Shown here one piece after another: positions 1-9,938 of a stretch of DNA of 64,000 bases (its first letter is position 1; every line of letters starts with the position of its first letter). The notes under the pieces were generated by a model. That model worked only from the letters and a program-made list of their open reading frames with translations. It was not told the DNA's origin and did no database searches. The position numbers were made by a program, and so were the translations under genes. The stretch is taken from positions 1,957 through 65,956 of the forward strand of contig CAZCDF010000001.1 of assembly GCA_964497665.1 (NCBI GenBank), read 5' to 3'. The DNA is from an uncultured Candidatus Planktophila sp. (lineage in GTDB: Bacteria > Actinomycetota > Actinomycetes > Nanopelagicales > Nanopelagicaceae).

Positions 1-17
1 TTAGATTGATAAGTCTT

Positions 18-869
18 TCAATCTTCCGAGACACCGTATGCACCCTTCGCTGGACGACGACGTCGGGCTAAAACCTCAACGCCAGGGGCCATTCTGCGAC
101 TTTGAATAAGGAAACCTGTATGCCCAATCATTCTTTGTTGAGGACGAACAGCCAAGCCTTCATGATGCCAACCTCGCACCATGGTCTCTGAGCTTTCAGG
201 TTCGGTGAATCGGCCATCCTCTTTTAGAGCCTCAGCGGTAGCTGACAGTTGAGTGGTAGTTGCGACATATGCGAGGAAAACTCCTCCTGGTCGCAATGCA
301 CGGGCTGCGATATCCACACACTCCCATGGTGCCAGCATGTCTAAGACCACTCGATCAAACTCAGAGTCAAAGTTTTGATCCTGAAGATCCCCAACGACTA
401 GCGACCAGTTCTCGGGAGCACTATTGAAATAGGCATCGACATTAGAACGAGCGTTGTCTGCAAAATCTGCTCTGCGCTCGACTGAGTGAACAGTTCCCGT
501 AGGGCCGGCAGCGCGCAGTAATGAGATTGTTAGCGCTCCACTACCAACACCGGCTTCAAGGACTCGTGCTCCTGGATAGATGTCGGCGACACCGATGATC
601 ATCGCAGCATCTTTTGGGTAAACAATCGTTGCTCCACGAGGCATCGTTAAAACGTAATCGGCCAGTAATGGTTTGAATGCGGTGAACTTCAAACCCGCTG
701 TAGTGCTGACCACTGATCCCTCAGGCATTCCGATTAACTCATCATGGGTAATCCAGCCCTTGTGCGTATGCCACTCTTTTCCAGGTGTGATGGTGAAGCT
801 GTACAACTTTCCTTTGGGATCGGTCAATTGAATGCGATCACCGGCTCCGAAATACCCAAGATTAGACAC
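18..869 (-). CDS. trmI: tRNA (adenine58-N1)-methyltransferase
   Basis: GCD14-type motifs MPRGATIVYPKD, VLEAGVGSGAL (SAM binding), LDMLAPW, GHTGFL; GTG start 6 nt after a TAAGAT -10. Confidence 0.92.
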   Translation of the reverse strand: MSNLGYFGAGDRIQLTDPKGKLYSFTITPGKEWHTHKGWITHDELIGMPEGSVVSTTAGLKFTAFKPLLADYVLTMPRGATIVYPKDAAMIIGVADIYPGARVLEAGVGSGALTISLLRAAGPTGTVHSVERRADFADNARSNVDAYFNSAPENWSLVVGDLQDQNFDSEFDRVVLDMLAPWECVDIAARALRPGGVFLAYVATTTQLSATAEALKEDGRFTEPESSETMVRGWHHEGLAVRPQQRMIGHTGFLIQSRRMAPGVEVLARRRRPAKGAYGVSED

Positions 870-920
870 GGGAGCATCTTAGGCGAAATTGTTGGTGAAA
901 GTACGAGTATCTTCAGACAG

Positions 921-1685
921 GTGAGCGATGAAAAGAAACTGCGTCTTTCCCCCAGTGCCGTCAGTGAGTACGAAAACTGTCCGCAGCTCTATAAATACCG
1001 CAAAATCGAAAAGTTACCCGAACCGCCTTCGCTCGATGCCGAGCGTGGGACCTTGGTTCACACTATCCTGCAGGATCTCTTTGAATTTCCTAGCGCGCAA
1101 CGATTACCGCAAACTGCAATAGATCTTCTACCTTCACGATGGAGCACTCAACTAGAGGGTAAACCTGAACTCAAAGAGATGGTGACAAATGAGAAGGAGT
1201 GGCTCGATCGAGCCTCATCTCTTCTCACGACGTACTTCACCTTAGAGGATCCTTCAACATTTGAGGCAACCCATCGTGAGATGCATTTAGAAAATGATTT
1301 CGATACAGATGTGTATTTGCATGGCTACGTAGACAGATTAGATATTGCACCTACTGGTGAGGTGCGAATAGTTGATTACAAAACCGGCAAGTCCCCAAAG
1401 CCTGGCTGGGAAGAGAAAGCCTTGTTCCAATTGAGGGTTTACGCGTTTCTGTATTGGAAATCCACGGGTGTTCTGCCTCGTCTCCTTCAACTCATCTATT
1501 TGGGTGATGGAAGGATGGTTAAGAGCAATCCGAGTATGAAGGATATTGAATCAGCTGAAAAAGTGTTACACCGCGTTGCCAAGGATATTTTTATATCAAT
1601 GGAAAAAGAGTACTGGCCGCCTAAACCCTCTCGTCTATGTGATTGGTGTTTCTTTAAAAGTATCTGCCCAGCTCACAAAAGTTAA
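921..1685 (+). CDS. RecB-family PD-(D/E)XK nuclease with 4-Cys Fe-S motif
   Basis: LSPS..CP, GTLVH, GYVDRLD..IVDYKTG, QLxxY, CDWC..C; start moved from ORF-track 744 to GTG 921 (TATCTT -10 at 908-913, avoids overlap with trmI). Confidence 0.85.
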   Translation: MSDEKKLRLSPSAVSEYENCPQLYKYRKIEKLPEPPSLDAERGTLVHTILQDLFEFPSAQRLPQTAIDLLPSRWSTQLEGKPELKEMVTNEKEWLDRASSLLTTYFTLEDPSTFEATHREMHLENDFDTDVYLHGYVDRLDIAPTGEVRIVDYKTGKSPKPGWEEKALFQLRVYAFLYWKSTGVLPRLLQLIYLGDGRMVKSNPSMKDIESAEKVLHRVAKDIFISMEKEYWPPKPSRLCDWCFFKSICPAHKS

Positions 1686-2362
1686 ATAGATACCGCAAAA
1701 TCGGTGTGCAACTGAGAGATTTTGCCAAATGACAACTGTTTCAAAGATTTGATGACTCTAACCTTGGCAGATTCATCTATCGAAACAAGGTGTGGGACGG
1801 CAATGAGAAAGGCCCCACTGGAAGTTGCCGCTTTCATGCCAGTCAATGAATCTTCAAAGATCAAGCAGTTAGCGATATCAGCGCCGCTTATCTCGGCAGC
1901 CTTGAGATAAGCATCAGGGTGTGGCTTGGTTCGTTCAACATCATCAGAACTAATTGAGAACGGAAATAGATCATGTCCCAAGTTGTCCAGAACTGCATCA
2001 ACAATATTTCTTGGGCTGGCCGAAACAAGTGCGGTCTTTACTCCATGAGATTGCAGTTCTCGCACTAGTTCAACAGCTCCTGGCATCGTTGGTGTGTTTC
2101 CGCGCATCTTTGCCGCTTGTGTGTCAATCAATTTTTGTGTGAAGTATTGAGGGGTTTCTACTCTCCCGCACTTGTCATGCATGTACTCGCCGACTCGGGA
2201 CAACGGACCTCCGAGGCAGGCGATTTGATCCTCATCTAGCCAGGTGTAACCGTATGGTCGCGTCACTTCAATCTCTGACTTGAGCCATTCGGGTTCAGAG
2301 TCCACCATTAAACCGTCCATATCGAAGAAAACGGCGTCAAAGAATTTGTTGGTAGTTATCAA
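1682..2362 (-). CDS. HAD-superfamily phosphatase
   Basis: FDMDGLMVDSE motif I, KPHPD, FEDS..G; TTG start overlaps the metH stop. Confidence 0.85.
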   Translation of the reverse strand: MITTNKFFDAVFFDMDGLMVDSEPEWLKSEIEVTRPYGYTWLDEDQIACLGGPLSRVGEYMHDKCGRVETPQYFTQKLIDTQAAKMRGNTPTMPGAVELVRELQSHGVKTALVSASPRNIVDAVLDNLGHDLFPFSISSDDVERTKPHPDAYLKAAEISGADIANCLIFEDSLTGMKAATSSGAFLIAVPHLVSIDESAKVRVIKSLKQLSFGKISQLHTDFAVSI

Positions 2363-5300
2363 TTCGCGTTGAAGTACTTTGCTTCTGGATGATGAACGAT
2401 GATCGCTGAAGTTGATTGCTCAGGGTGCAATTGGAACTCCTCGGAAAGTTCAACACCAATTCGGGCCGGATCCAGAAGTTCACATAACTGAACTTGTTGC
2501 TCAAGGTCAGGACATGCTGGATAACCAAATGAGTAACGGGAACCTCGGTATCCCTGATCTAAAATTCCTTGCAGGTCAGCAGAGTCATCAGCTTTAACGG
2601 CAAGCTCTTCTCGTATGCGAGCATGCCAATGCTCTGCAAGGCTCTCGGTCAATTGCACTGAAAGTCCATGAAGTTCGAGGTATTCACGGTAGTTATTTGC
2701 TGCAAAAAGTTTTGCTGCCGCTTCACTCACTGTCGATCCCATTGTTACTACATGGAAAGCGACGACATCAGTTTTACCCGACTCTTTTGAAGCAAAGAAA
2801 TCACTAATGCACAAACGTCGGTCACGAGTCTGGCGCGGGAAGGTAAAGCGTGTTCGCTCTTTACCTTTGCTCTCACCTTCATGATGGAGAATGACTAGAT
2901 CATTACCCTCGCTGTAACAAGGAAAGTACCCATAAACAACGGCAGCGTTGAGCCAGCCATTTGCTTGAACTTCATTCAGCAAGGAACGTAAACGAGGGCG
3001 TCCTTCACTTTCCACCATTGCCTCATACTCACCACGATTACCTTTGAGACCCCACTGTCCTACAAAGAGCGCACGTTCATCGAGCATGCCTGCATAGTCG
3101 CTGAGTTGAATGCCTTTGACAACGCGGGAGCCAAAAAATGGCGGGGTAGGAATATCTACATCGACTGCAACATCACTGCGAGCAGTATCTACTGGAGCCT
3201 CTTCCGTTTTCACTCGGGTGTTGGCAACCTTACGTTCACGCAGAGCGGGAAGAGCCGCACCAGGCTCTCCGCGCTTTACCGCCATGATCGCATCCATGAG
3301 TCGTAAACCTTCAAATGCATCCCGTGCGTAACGAACTTGTCCAGGAAATATTGCTGCCAAATCTTGTTCTACATACGCCCGTGTAAGTGCCGCTCCCCCA
3401 AGAACAATCGGCCATTTCTGATCTAATCCACGAGCGGTAATTTCTTGAAGGTTTTCCTTCATAATCACAGTTGACTTTACGAGTAGCCCACTCATTCCAA
3501 TCGCATCAGCATTTGATTCAGTTGCGCCGTCAATAATTTGATTGATCGTCTGTTTGATTCCGATGTTTACAACGCGATAACCATTGTTGGTCAAGATGAT
3601 GTCCACTAGGTTTTTGCCGATGTCATGCACATCTCCTTTAACCGTTGCCAGCAGCATGGTTCCGCGGCCTTCATCGCCGGTCTTTTCCATGAATGGCTCA
3701 AGGATTGCAACCGCTGTTTTCATCACTTCTGCACTTTGAAGAACGAAAGGAAGCTGCATCTCACCTTTACCAAAGAGCTCGCCAACAACCTTCATCCCCT
3801 CAAGTAAGTGGCTATTGATGATCTCCAGCGGAGGCATGCCTGAAGCCATTGCCTCCTTGAGATCATCCTCTAAGCCAACCTTCTCACCATCAATGATTCG
3901 TCGTTGCAAGCGATCAAAGAGAGGTAATGCCGCTAGCGCTTCAGCGCGTGCGTTTTTGCTCGTTGCTAGTTCAACACCATCAAAGAGTTGGAGAAACTCT
4001 TGCAGTGGATCGTAGGTACATTCATCCCCATCAAATCTTCGACGATCATAAATAAGATCGAGTGCGACCTGTCGTTGGCGCTCTTCTATCCGTGCCATAG
4101 GAGTGATCTTTGAGGGATGCACAATCGCAGAATCAAGCCCAGCCTGAACGCACTCATGCAAAAAGACTGAGTTGAGAACAACGCGAGCCGCAGCGTTAAG
4201 ACCAAAGGAAACATTGCTGACACCCAAAGTTGTCTGTACCTCGGGAAACTCCACCTTTAATTGACGAATCGCATTGATGGTCTCAATTCCATCCTTGCGA
4301 GTTTCCTCTTGACCGGTAGCGATTGGGAAGGTGAGGCAATCAATCAGAATGTCCCCAACATTCATTCCCCAGTTGTCATGAAGATCATTGATCAGTCTTC
4401 TGGCTACGCGTAACTTCCATTGCGCATCACGTGCTTGTCCTTCTTCATCAATCGTCAGTGCAACGACGCTAGCCCCATGCTCCTTAACTAAGGGCATGAT
4501 CTTCGCGAATCTAGAGGTAGGTCCGTCGCCATCTTCGTAATTAACCGAGTTAATAACGCAACGTCCACCTAAATGTTCTAAGCCGGCTTTAATCACAGCA
4601 GGTTCTGTTGAATCCAGAACTATTGGCAATGTACTAGCGGTAGCAAAGCGAGAAGCAAGTTGACTCATATCGGCTGCTCCATCGCGTCCAACGTAGTCAA
4701 CTGAGAGATCTAGCATGTGGGCACCATCGCGGATTTGATCGCGTGCAATCTCCACGCACTTTTCCCAATCCTCAGCTAACAAGGCATCTCTAAATGCGCG
4801 TGATCCATTTGCATTGGTTCGCTCGCCGATAGCTAAATAGGTTTTATCCTGCCTAAATGGCACGTACTGGTACAGCGATGATGCACCTGGATCTAGAGCT
4901 GGAGTTCTTGAGTGAATCTTCTTTCCGCTGACTTTCTTGACTACCGCAGATAAGTGTTGAGGAGTTGTTCCGCAACAGCCTCCCACTAAGGAGATGCCAT
5001 ATTCATCAATGAAACCATCGAGTGCGATTGCCAGCTCCTCTGGCCCCAAAGGATATGAAGCGCCATTTGCCCCGAGAACTGGAAGACCAGCGTTGGGCAT
5101 AACCGAGATTGCAATCTTTGCATTCTTGCTCAGGTAGCGAAGGTGCTCAGACATTTCAGTAGGTCCAGTTGCGCAGTTAAGTCCGATGAGATCAATACCC
5201 ATTGGCTCTAACGTATTTAGCGCTGCGCCGATTTCAGAACCAAGAAGCATCGTTCCCGTGGTCTCAACAGTTACCTGTGCGATCAACATGATGTCTCGAT

Positions 5301-5859
5301 CACTTTCATTAATCGCTTGTCGACATCCGTTTACCGCAGCTTTCACCTGCAATAAATCCTGAGATGTCTCAACGAGCAGCGCATCACAACCCGAATCAGA
5401 CAGACCTTTTGCTGCGGTGTAATAAGCAATCTTCAAATTCTCATAGGTGGTGTGTCCGAGGCTGGGCAGCTTTGTGCCAGGTCCTAGTGAACCTAAAACA
5501 AAGCGAGGCTTGTCAGCGGTTGAAAATGAGTCTGCAGCTTCGCGAGCAATCTTTCCCCCAGCGAATGCAAGTTCATAAATGCGATCCTCAATGCCGTAAT
5601 CTGCCAAGTTAGACCAATTTGCACCAAAGGTGTTTGTTTCTACCGCATCCACACCAGCTGCTAAATACTCATTGTGAACAGAACGGACAATATCGGGCCG
5701 ACTGACATTGAGAATCTCATTGCAGCCTTCATGATTTTGGAAATCTTCTAGAGTGGGATTGGCCGCCTGAAGCATTGTTCCCATAGCCCCATCGGCAACG
5801 ACAACCCGCTGCGCCAAGGTTGTGCGAAGCAACCCTGGTTTCTTGGATGGAGTACTCAT
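2359..5859 (-). CDS. metH: Cobalamin-dependent methionine synthase
   Basis: DGAMGTML, LNCATGP and GGCCGT (Zn), IGERTN pterin domain, GDVHDIGKN B12 motif, RYSFGYPACP. Confidence 0.96.
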   Translation of the reverse strand: MSTPSKKPGLLRTTLAQRVVVADGAMGTMLQAANPTLEDFQNHEGCNEILNVSRPDIVRSVHNEYLAAGVDAVETNTFGANWSNLADYGIEDRIYELAFAGGKIAREAADSFSTADKPRFVLGSLGPGTKLPSLGHTTYENLKIAYYTAAKGLSDSGCDALLVETSQDLLQVKAAVNGCRQAINESDRDIMLIAQVTVETTGTMLLGSEIGAALNTLEPMGIDLIGLNCATGPTEMSEHLRYLSKNAKIAISVMPNAGLPVLGANGASYPLGPEELAIALDGFIDEYGISLVGGCCGTTPQHLSAVVKKVSGKKIHSRTPALDPGASSLYQYVPFRQDKTYLAIGERTNANGSRAFRDALLAEDWEKCVEIARDQIRDGAHMLDLSVDYVGRDGAADMSQLASRFATASTLPIVLDSTEPAVIKAGLEHLGGRCVINSVNYEDGDGPTSRFAKIMPLVKEHGASVVALTIDEEGQARDAQWKLRVARRLINDLHDNWGMNVGDILIDCLTFPIATGQEETRKDGIETINAIRQLKVEFPEVQTTLGVSNVSFGLNAAARVVLNSVFLHECVQAGLDSAIVHPSKITPMARIEERQRQVALDLIYDRRRFDGDECTYDPLQEFLQLFDGVELATSKNARAEALAALPLFDRLQRRIIDGEKVGLEDDLKEAMASGMPPLEIINSHLLEGMKVVGELFGKGEMQLPFVLQSAEVMKTAVAILEPFMEKTGDEGRGTMLLATVKGDVHDIGKNLVDIILTNNGYRVVNIGIKQTINQIIDGATESNADAIGMSGLLVKSTVIMKENLQEITARGLDQKWPIVLGGAALTRAYVEQDLAAIFPGQVRYARDAFEGLRLMDAIMAVKRGEPGAALPALRERKVANTRVKTEEAPVDTARSDVAVDVDIPTPPFFGSRVVKGIQLSDYAGMLDERALFVGQWGLKGNRGEYEAMVESEGRPRLRSLLNEVQANGWLNAAVVYGYFPCYSEGNDLVILHHEGESKGKERTRFTFPRQTRDRRLCISDFFASKESGKTDVVAFHVVTMGSTVSEAAAKLFAANNYREYLELHGLSVQLTESLAEHWHARIREELAVKADDSADLQGILDQGYRGSRYSFGYPACPDLEQQVQLCELLDPARIGVELSEEFQLHPEQSTSAIIVHHPEAKYFNAN

Positions 5860-5888
5860 TTGACGAAGGTTACCTTAAGGTTGCATTC

Positions 5889-6752
5889 ATGGAGATTCAT
5901 CAGATTCCACTGTTGCGAAATCCCGTCATGATTGTGGCCTTTTCGGGGTGGAATGATGCTGCAGAGGCGGCTTCTGGTGCTGTTGAACACTTGCTATCGG
6001 GCTGGCGAGACAAAAATGATCAGGTTGTTCCAGAGTTGATTGCAGATGTTGAACCCGAGGATTTCTACGACTTTCAAGTTAATCGCCCACAAGTCTCTAT
6101 CGATGAATCGGAGATTCGAAGCATCACCTGGCCATCAACTCAAGTCTTTGGATTATCGGTGCCATCGATGACTAGAGACTTAGTAATCGTGACTGGTGTA
6201 GAGCCATCGATGCGATGGAAGAGTTTTTCCACCGATCTATTGGATCTTGCAGATGATCTAGAGGTTTCATTAGTAGTTACTTTGGGTTCGCTCTTGGCTG
6301 ATACTCCTCACTCGCGACCGATCACGGTAACCGGAACGGGAGCGCACCCTTCAATTGCGACCAGATTGGGTGTTTCTGTTTCAAAGTATGAAGGACCAAC
6401 AGGAATTCTCGGGATCATTCAAGATGGATGTATGCGTCGTGGCATTGATGCAATTTCGCTGTGGGCTGCAGTTCCACATTACGCAGCATCCGCACCATCC
6501 CCTAAAGCAACTTTGGCGCTGATTAACACTTTGGAAGAGTTTCTGAATATCTCTGTTCCCTTGGCAGATTTGGCTGACCGCGCCGATTCTTGGGAGAAGG
6601 AGGTAGATGAATTAGCTGCGGAGGACTCTGAAATCGCTGAGTATGTGAAGGCGCTAGAGGAAAGCAAGGATGCCGCTGAACTTCCAGAGGTTTCAGGAGA
6701 CAGTATTGCCAAAGAGTTCGAACGGTACTTGCGTAGGCAAAAAGAGGATTAA
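5889..6752 (+). CDS. PAC2 family (proteasome-assembly-chaperone-like) protein
   Basis: AFSGWNDAAEAAS, YDFQVNRP, EPSMRW, YEGPTGI, WAAVPHY, EFERYLR; start refined to ATG 5889. Confidence 0.88.
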   Translation: MEIHQIPLLRNPVMIVAFSGWNDAAEAASGAVEHLLSGWRDKNDQVVPELIADVEPEDFYDFQVNRPQVSIDESEIRSITWPSTQVFGLSVPSMTRDLVIVTGVEPSMRWKSFSTDLLDLADDLEVSLVVTLGSLLADTPHSRPITVTGTGAHPSIATRLGVSVSKYEGPTGILGIIQDGCMRRGIDAISLWAAVPHYAASAPSPKATLALINTLEEFLNISVPLADLADRADSWEKEVDELAAEDSEIAEYVKALEESKDAAELPEVSGDSIAKEFERYLRRQKED

Positions 6753-7990
6753 AGCTTCAACCCTAAGAGCGCATCTAAAAAGTTAAGAAGTTGTTGAGAA
6801 CTGCCACCTTGTTCACCAGAAAGTGTTGCAGTGCTCCAGTCAACAAGTGTTGAAAGAACTTTTGGCGTATCGAGGTCATCACAGAGCGCTTCGATTATCT
6901 CCTTTATGACAGCTTCGGTTTCAGCGACCTCAGCATGGTGCAGCGCTTTTCTCACCTGAGCAAGTTCAACCTCTGCTTTGTACAGCAGTTCATCACTCCA
7001 CATGCGATTTGAACGATAGTGATCAGACATCAAAGCCCAACGTATCGCCATGGGATCTGTTCCAGAAGCAACCAATCGCGAAACAAAAACGAGATTGCCC
7101 TTGCTCTTACTCATCTTCTCGCCATCTAAACCAATCATCCCGGCGTGAACATATGTAGCGGCTAGCTCTTTTCCTGTGATGACACGTGCCTGTGAAGCAC
7201 ACATCTCGTGATGTGGAAACACAAGATCACTTCCACCGCCTTGGATGTCAATGAGAGTTTCTTCAAGATCGGCTGGAACTAAGTACTTCAGTGCAATGGC
7301 GGTGCATTCAATATGCCAACCAGGCCTACCAAGACCCAGCGATGAATCCCACCCTGGTTCATTTGGTCGTTGTGACATCCACACCAAGCAGTCGAGTGGA
7401 TCTTTTTTCCCTTCACGAAGTGGGTCTCCCCCACGTTCAGAAAAAATCGAGAGCATTTCCTTCTGCGAAAGATGGGAACGAGCCCCGAAACGATCATCTT
7501 TGTGAACAGAGAAGTAGTAATCAGTGTCTACCTTATAGATACTCAATTGATCATTGAGATCATCAATCGCTTCGATGACAAGTGGAATAGCCTCGACAGC
7601 ACCGATGTAATGTGCCGGTGGTATTACTCGTAAATGCTCCATATCAGAGCGGAAGAGATCGATCTGCTGGTGCGCCAAATCTTTCCAGTCAATTCCATCG
7701 CGTTGTGCGCGCTCTAGTAAAGGATCATCTATGTCGGTGATGTTTTGAACATAATTGACCTGAGCACCTGTTGCCCTGAGGTATCTATTGATCAGGTCAA
7801 AGGTGAGATACGTTGCCGCGTGACCCAAGTGCGTCGCATCGTAAGGAGTAATTCCGCAGACATACATTCGGTAAAGAGGCTTTTCTGCAATGGCTTTCTT
7901 CTTCGCCGATGCGGTGTCATGTAGATGTAGTGCCGGAAAATCATGGGTTGCAAGGCTGGAAGGAATGGAAACCTCAGACCATGAATTCAT
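6749..7990 (-). CDS. mshC: Mycothiol ligase (Cys:GlcN-Ins ligase)
   Basis: MYVCGITPYDATHLGHA, GRPGWHIEC, KMSKS; short CysRS paralog with no anticodon domain, in typical synteny. Confidence 0.93.
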   Translation of the reverse strand: MNSWSEVSIPSSLATHDFPALHLHDTASAKKKAIAEKPLYRMYVCGITPYDATHLGHAATYLTFDLINRYLRATGAQVNYVQNITDIDDPLLERAQRDGIDWKDLAHQQIDLFRSDMEHLRVIPPAHYIGAVEAIPLVIEAIDDLNDQLSIYKVDTDYYFSVHKDDRFGARSHLSQKEMLSIFSERGGDPLREGKKDPLDCLVWMSQRPNEPGWDSSLGLGRPGWHIECTAIALKYLVPADLEETLIDIQGGGSDLVFPHHEMCASQARVITGKELAATYVHAGMIGLDGEKMSKSKGNLVFVSRLVASGTDPMAIRWALMSDHYRSNRMWSDELLYKAEVELAQVRKALHHAEVAETEAVIKEIIEALCDDLDTPKVLSTLVDWSTATLSGEQGGSSQQLLNFLDALLGLKL

Positions 7991-8010
7991 AGCGGTATCG
8001 TATTACTTTC

Positions 8011-8721
8011 TTAGAACGCCGGCCAAGGAACCGCTGGCCAATCCGGATTAGGAAGCGGAAAACGACCCTGATCAATTAAACGATCGATTCTCGCAGCCAT
8101 CGCATCAATCTCATCTTGTGTAAGTAAAGGCATGAGCTCTTCTCTTAGTTCAGTGACCATAAGCGTTTTCGCTCTCATGAGAAGTTCTATCTCTTTCTCG
8201 GTAAATTGTTCATCAGCCCACTGCCATAAGACCGTTCGTAACTTGTCCTCTACATGAAATGTGACTCCATGATCACAACCGAAAACTTCCTGTTCCGGAG
8301 TTGGGAGTAAGTGTCCAATTTTTCTATCCGTGTTGTTGACGATGGCATCAAACAGAGCCATCGAGCGCAGCGCAGGATGGTCAGAGGAAAAAAATGAAGC
8401 GAGATCTACCGTCTCATCCAAGGTAATCCATTCTTGCGCCATACCAATACCGTAAGGACCATCTCGCAGGATCGTTAATGGAACAAGATGAAATCCGAGT
8501 TGCTCGCTCACGATATATGCCGCGTATTCACGATTGGCAAGTGAACCTTCGGCGAAATCCCACAGTGGACGCTCTCCCGCAACAGGTTTATAGATACAGG
8601 TCAATTCATCTTCCCCCAAGGTAGATGTTGCATACAAAGTTGCATTTGATGCATCTACCAAACGCCCTGTCACCTTGAGTACGCCATCGCGCAGAATTGT
8701 TAACTTATCGTCGATAGCCAT
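8011..8721 (-). CDS. SCO1664-family PI3/PI4-kinase-like protein
   Basis: ASNAT, YKPVAGERPLWDF, NNTDRKIGHLL, DHG, WPAVPWPAF; start refined to ATG 8721. Confidence 0.85.
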   Translation of the reverse strand: MAIDDKLTILRDGVLKVTGRLVDASNATLYATSTLGEDELTCIYKPVAGERPLWDFAEGSLANREYAAYIVSEQLGFHLVPLTILRDGPYGIGMAQEWITLDETVDLASFFSSDHPALRSMALFDAIVNNTDRKIGHLLPTPEQEVFGCDHGVTFHVEDKLRTVLWQWADEQFTEKEIELLMRAKTLMVTELREELMPLLTQDEIDAMAARIDRLIDQGRFPLPNPDWPAVPWPAF

Positions 8722-9214
8722 TTGCCCTCGGACACAGATGCCCACGTGGATCAATCGGAATTCCACAGAATGGGCAAGGAACTCGCCCCGCATTTACTAA
8801 CGCTTTTGAGCGATTAGCAAATGAGGAAGCAACTCCCAAGGAAAAGTTGATCTCTAGAACATCACCTTCGGCATCTTCCTCATCCTCTTCCAGTTCATAT
8901 AGTTCAAGGGTTATTAACTGCTCATCCTCATCCCAAGCCAGCGAAATAGCTCCTACTTGGAACTCTTCATCCACTGGCGTATCGAGGGGTGCATCATCAA
9001 CAGGAAGAGATTGAATCGCGATCAAGGGGTTGGATTTACGAACTTCTGCGATCATGACCTCTAAACGATTGGCCACAGCTTGAACTTGGGCTTTTTCTAA
9101 AGCAACACTGACAACTCGATTGTCACTGCGTGCTTGGATGTAGAAAGCACGTTCACCTGGCTCTCCAATAGTTCCCGCGACACATCTTTGGGGATTTGTA
9201 AATGTGTGTCTCAC
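8705..9214 (-). CDS. DUF3090 family protein
   Basis: GTIGEPGERAFYIQA, LEKxQ, C-terminal GRxPCPFC..HLCPRANG; synteny with SCO1664/mshC. Confidence 0.85.
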   Translation of the reverse strand: MRHTFTNPQRCVAGTIGEPGERAFYIQARSDNRVVSVALEKAQVQAVANRLEVMIAEVRKSNPLIAIQSLPVDDAPLDTPVDEEFQVGAISLAWDEDEQLITLELYELEEDEEDAEGDVLEINFSLGVASSFANRSKALVNAGRVPCPFCGIPIDPRGHLCPRANGYRR

Positions 9215-9888
9215 TTACCTGAACCTCCCCCGAGCAAGTTACGGGATCTCTTAGGTGCAACCAATAAATCTGTCACAACTGCTCGAGTGTCATTGAGAAG
9301 AATCAAACGTGGCTTGGAGGATGAGTACTCAATTACTGAAACCGATGCTGGATCGATGATGATTCGTTGAAACTCATCGAGATGCATTCCCATCGCTGAG
9401 GCGACTATCGATTTGATTACATCTCCGTGACTCACGATCACAGCAACCTTCGCGTTTGGAAGTTTGGCAAGTTCATGAACTGTATTCATCGCCCTTGTCT
9501 GCATCGCTGCAATGCCCTCACCATTTGGAAAATACATTCGACTGGGAGCCTCTTGCACCGTCTTCCATTCACTTTTTCGTGACAAAAGTGCGAGCTTCTT
9601 ACCGCTCCATTTTCCGTAATCAACCTCGTTGATACCGGGATCGGTAACAACCTTGAGTTGTGGATTTGCCTTAAGGACAAACTCTTCTAGCCATGGCGCA
9701 ATCGTTTCCGCGCATCTCTCCATTGGTGAGGTTCGTATCTGCGCGATTGGAAAAGCCCCTAACCGCGTTGATAACTCCTTGGCTTGCTTCACTCCCTTGT
9801 CGGAGAGATGAACATTGGGAATTCGTCCAGATAGAACACCCGAAGCGTTGGACTCGGAGTGAGCATGACGAATTAAAAGTAAGCGCAT
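9211..9888 (-). CDS. Histidine phosphatase / MSMEG_4193-like phosphomutase
   Basis: LIRHA catalytic motif, SPMERC, EVDYGKW, VSHGDVIK, FQRI. Confidence 0.88.
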   Translation of the reverse strand: MRLLLIRHAHSESNASGVLSGRIPNVHLSDKGVKQAKELSTRLGAFPIAQIRTSPMERCAETIAPWLEEFVLKANPQLKVVTDPGINEVDYGKWSGKKLALLSRKSEWKTVQEAPSRMYFPNGEGIAAMQTRAMNTVHELAKLPNAKVAVIVSHGDVIKSIVASAMGMHLDEFQRIIIDPASVSVIEYSSSKPRLILLNDTRAVVTDLLVAPKRSRNLLGGGSGK

Positions 9889-9938
9889 AATGAAAGGCTA
9901 TCGCAGCTTTTACTACCTAGCCTTGCTAAGGTCACGCC

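Noticed and set aside
744-920. Long N-terminal extensions in the ORF track (also 5820, 8793, 17847, 20916, 26209, 41736, 46699, 56220)
   Set aside because: They overlap neighbouring genes or promoters; downstream starts fit family N-termini and -10 or SD positions better
921-1685. Cas4-like nuclease suggesting a CRISPR system
   Set aside because: No repeat-spacer array or other cas genes are visible; a solo RecB-family gene next to trmI is ordinary actinobacterial synteny
6749-7990. Possible cysteinyl-tRNA synthetase
   Set aside because: The CGITPYDATHLGHA signature, missing anticodon domain and gene context identify MshC
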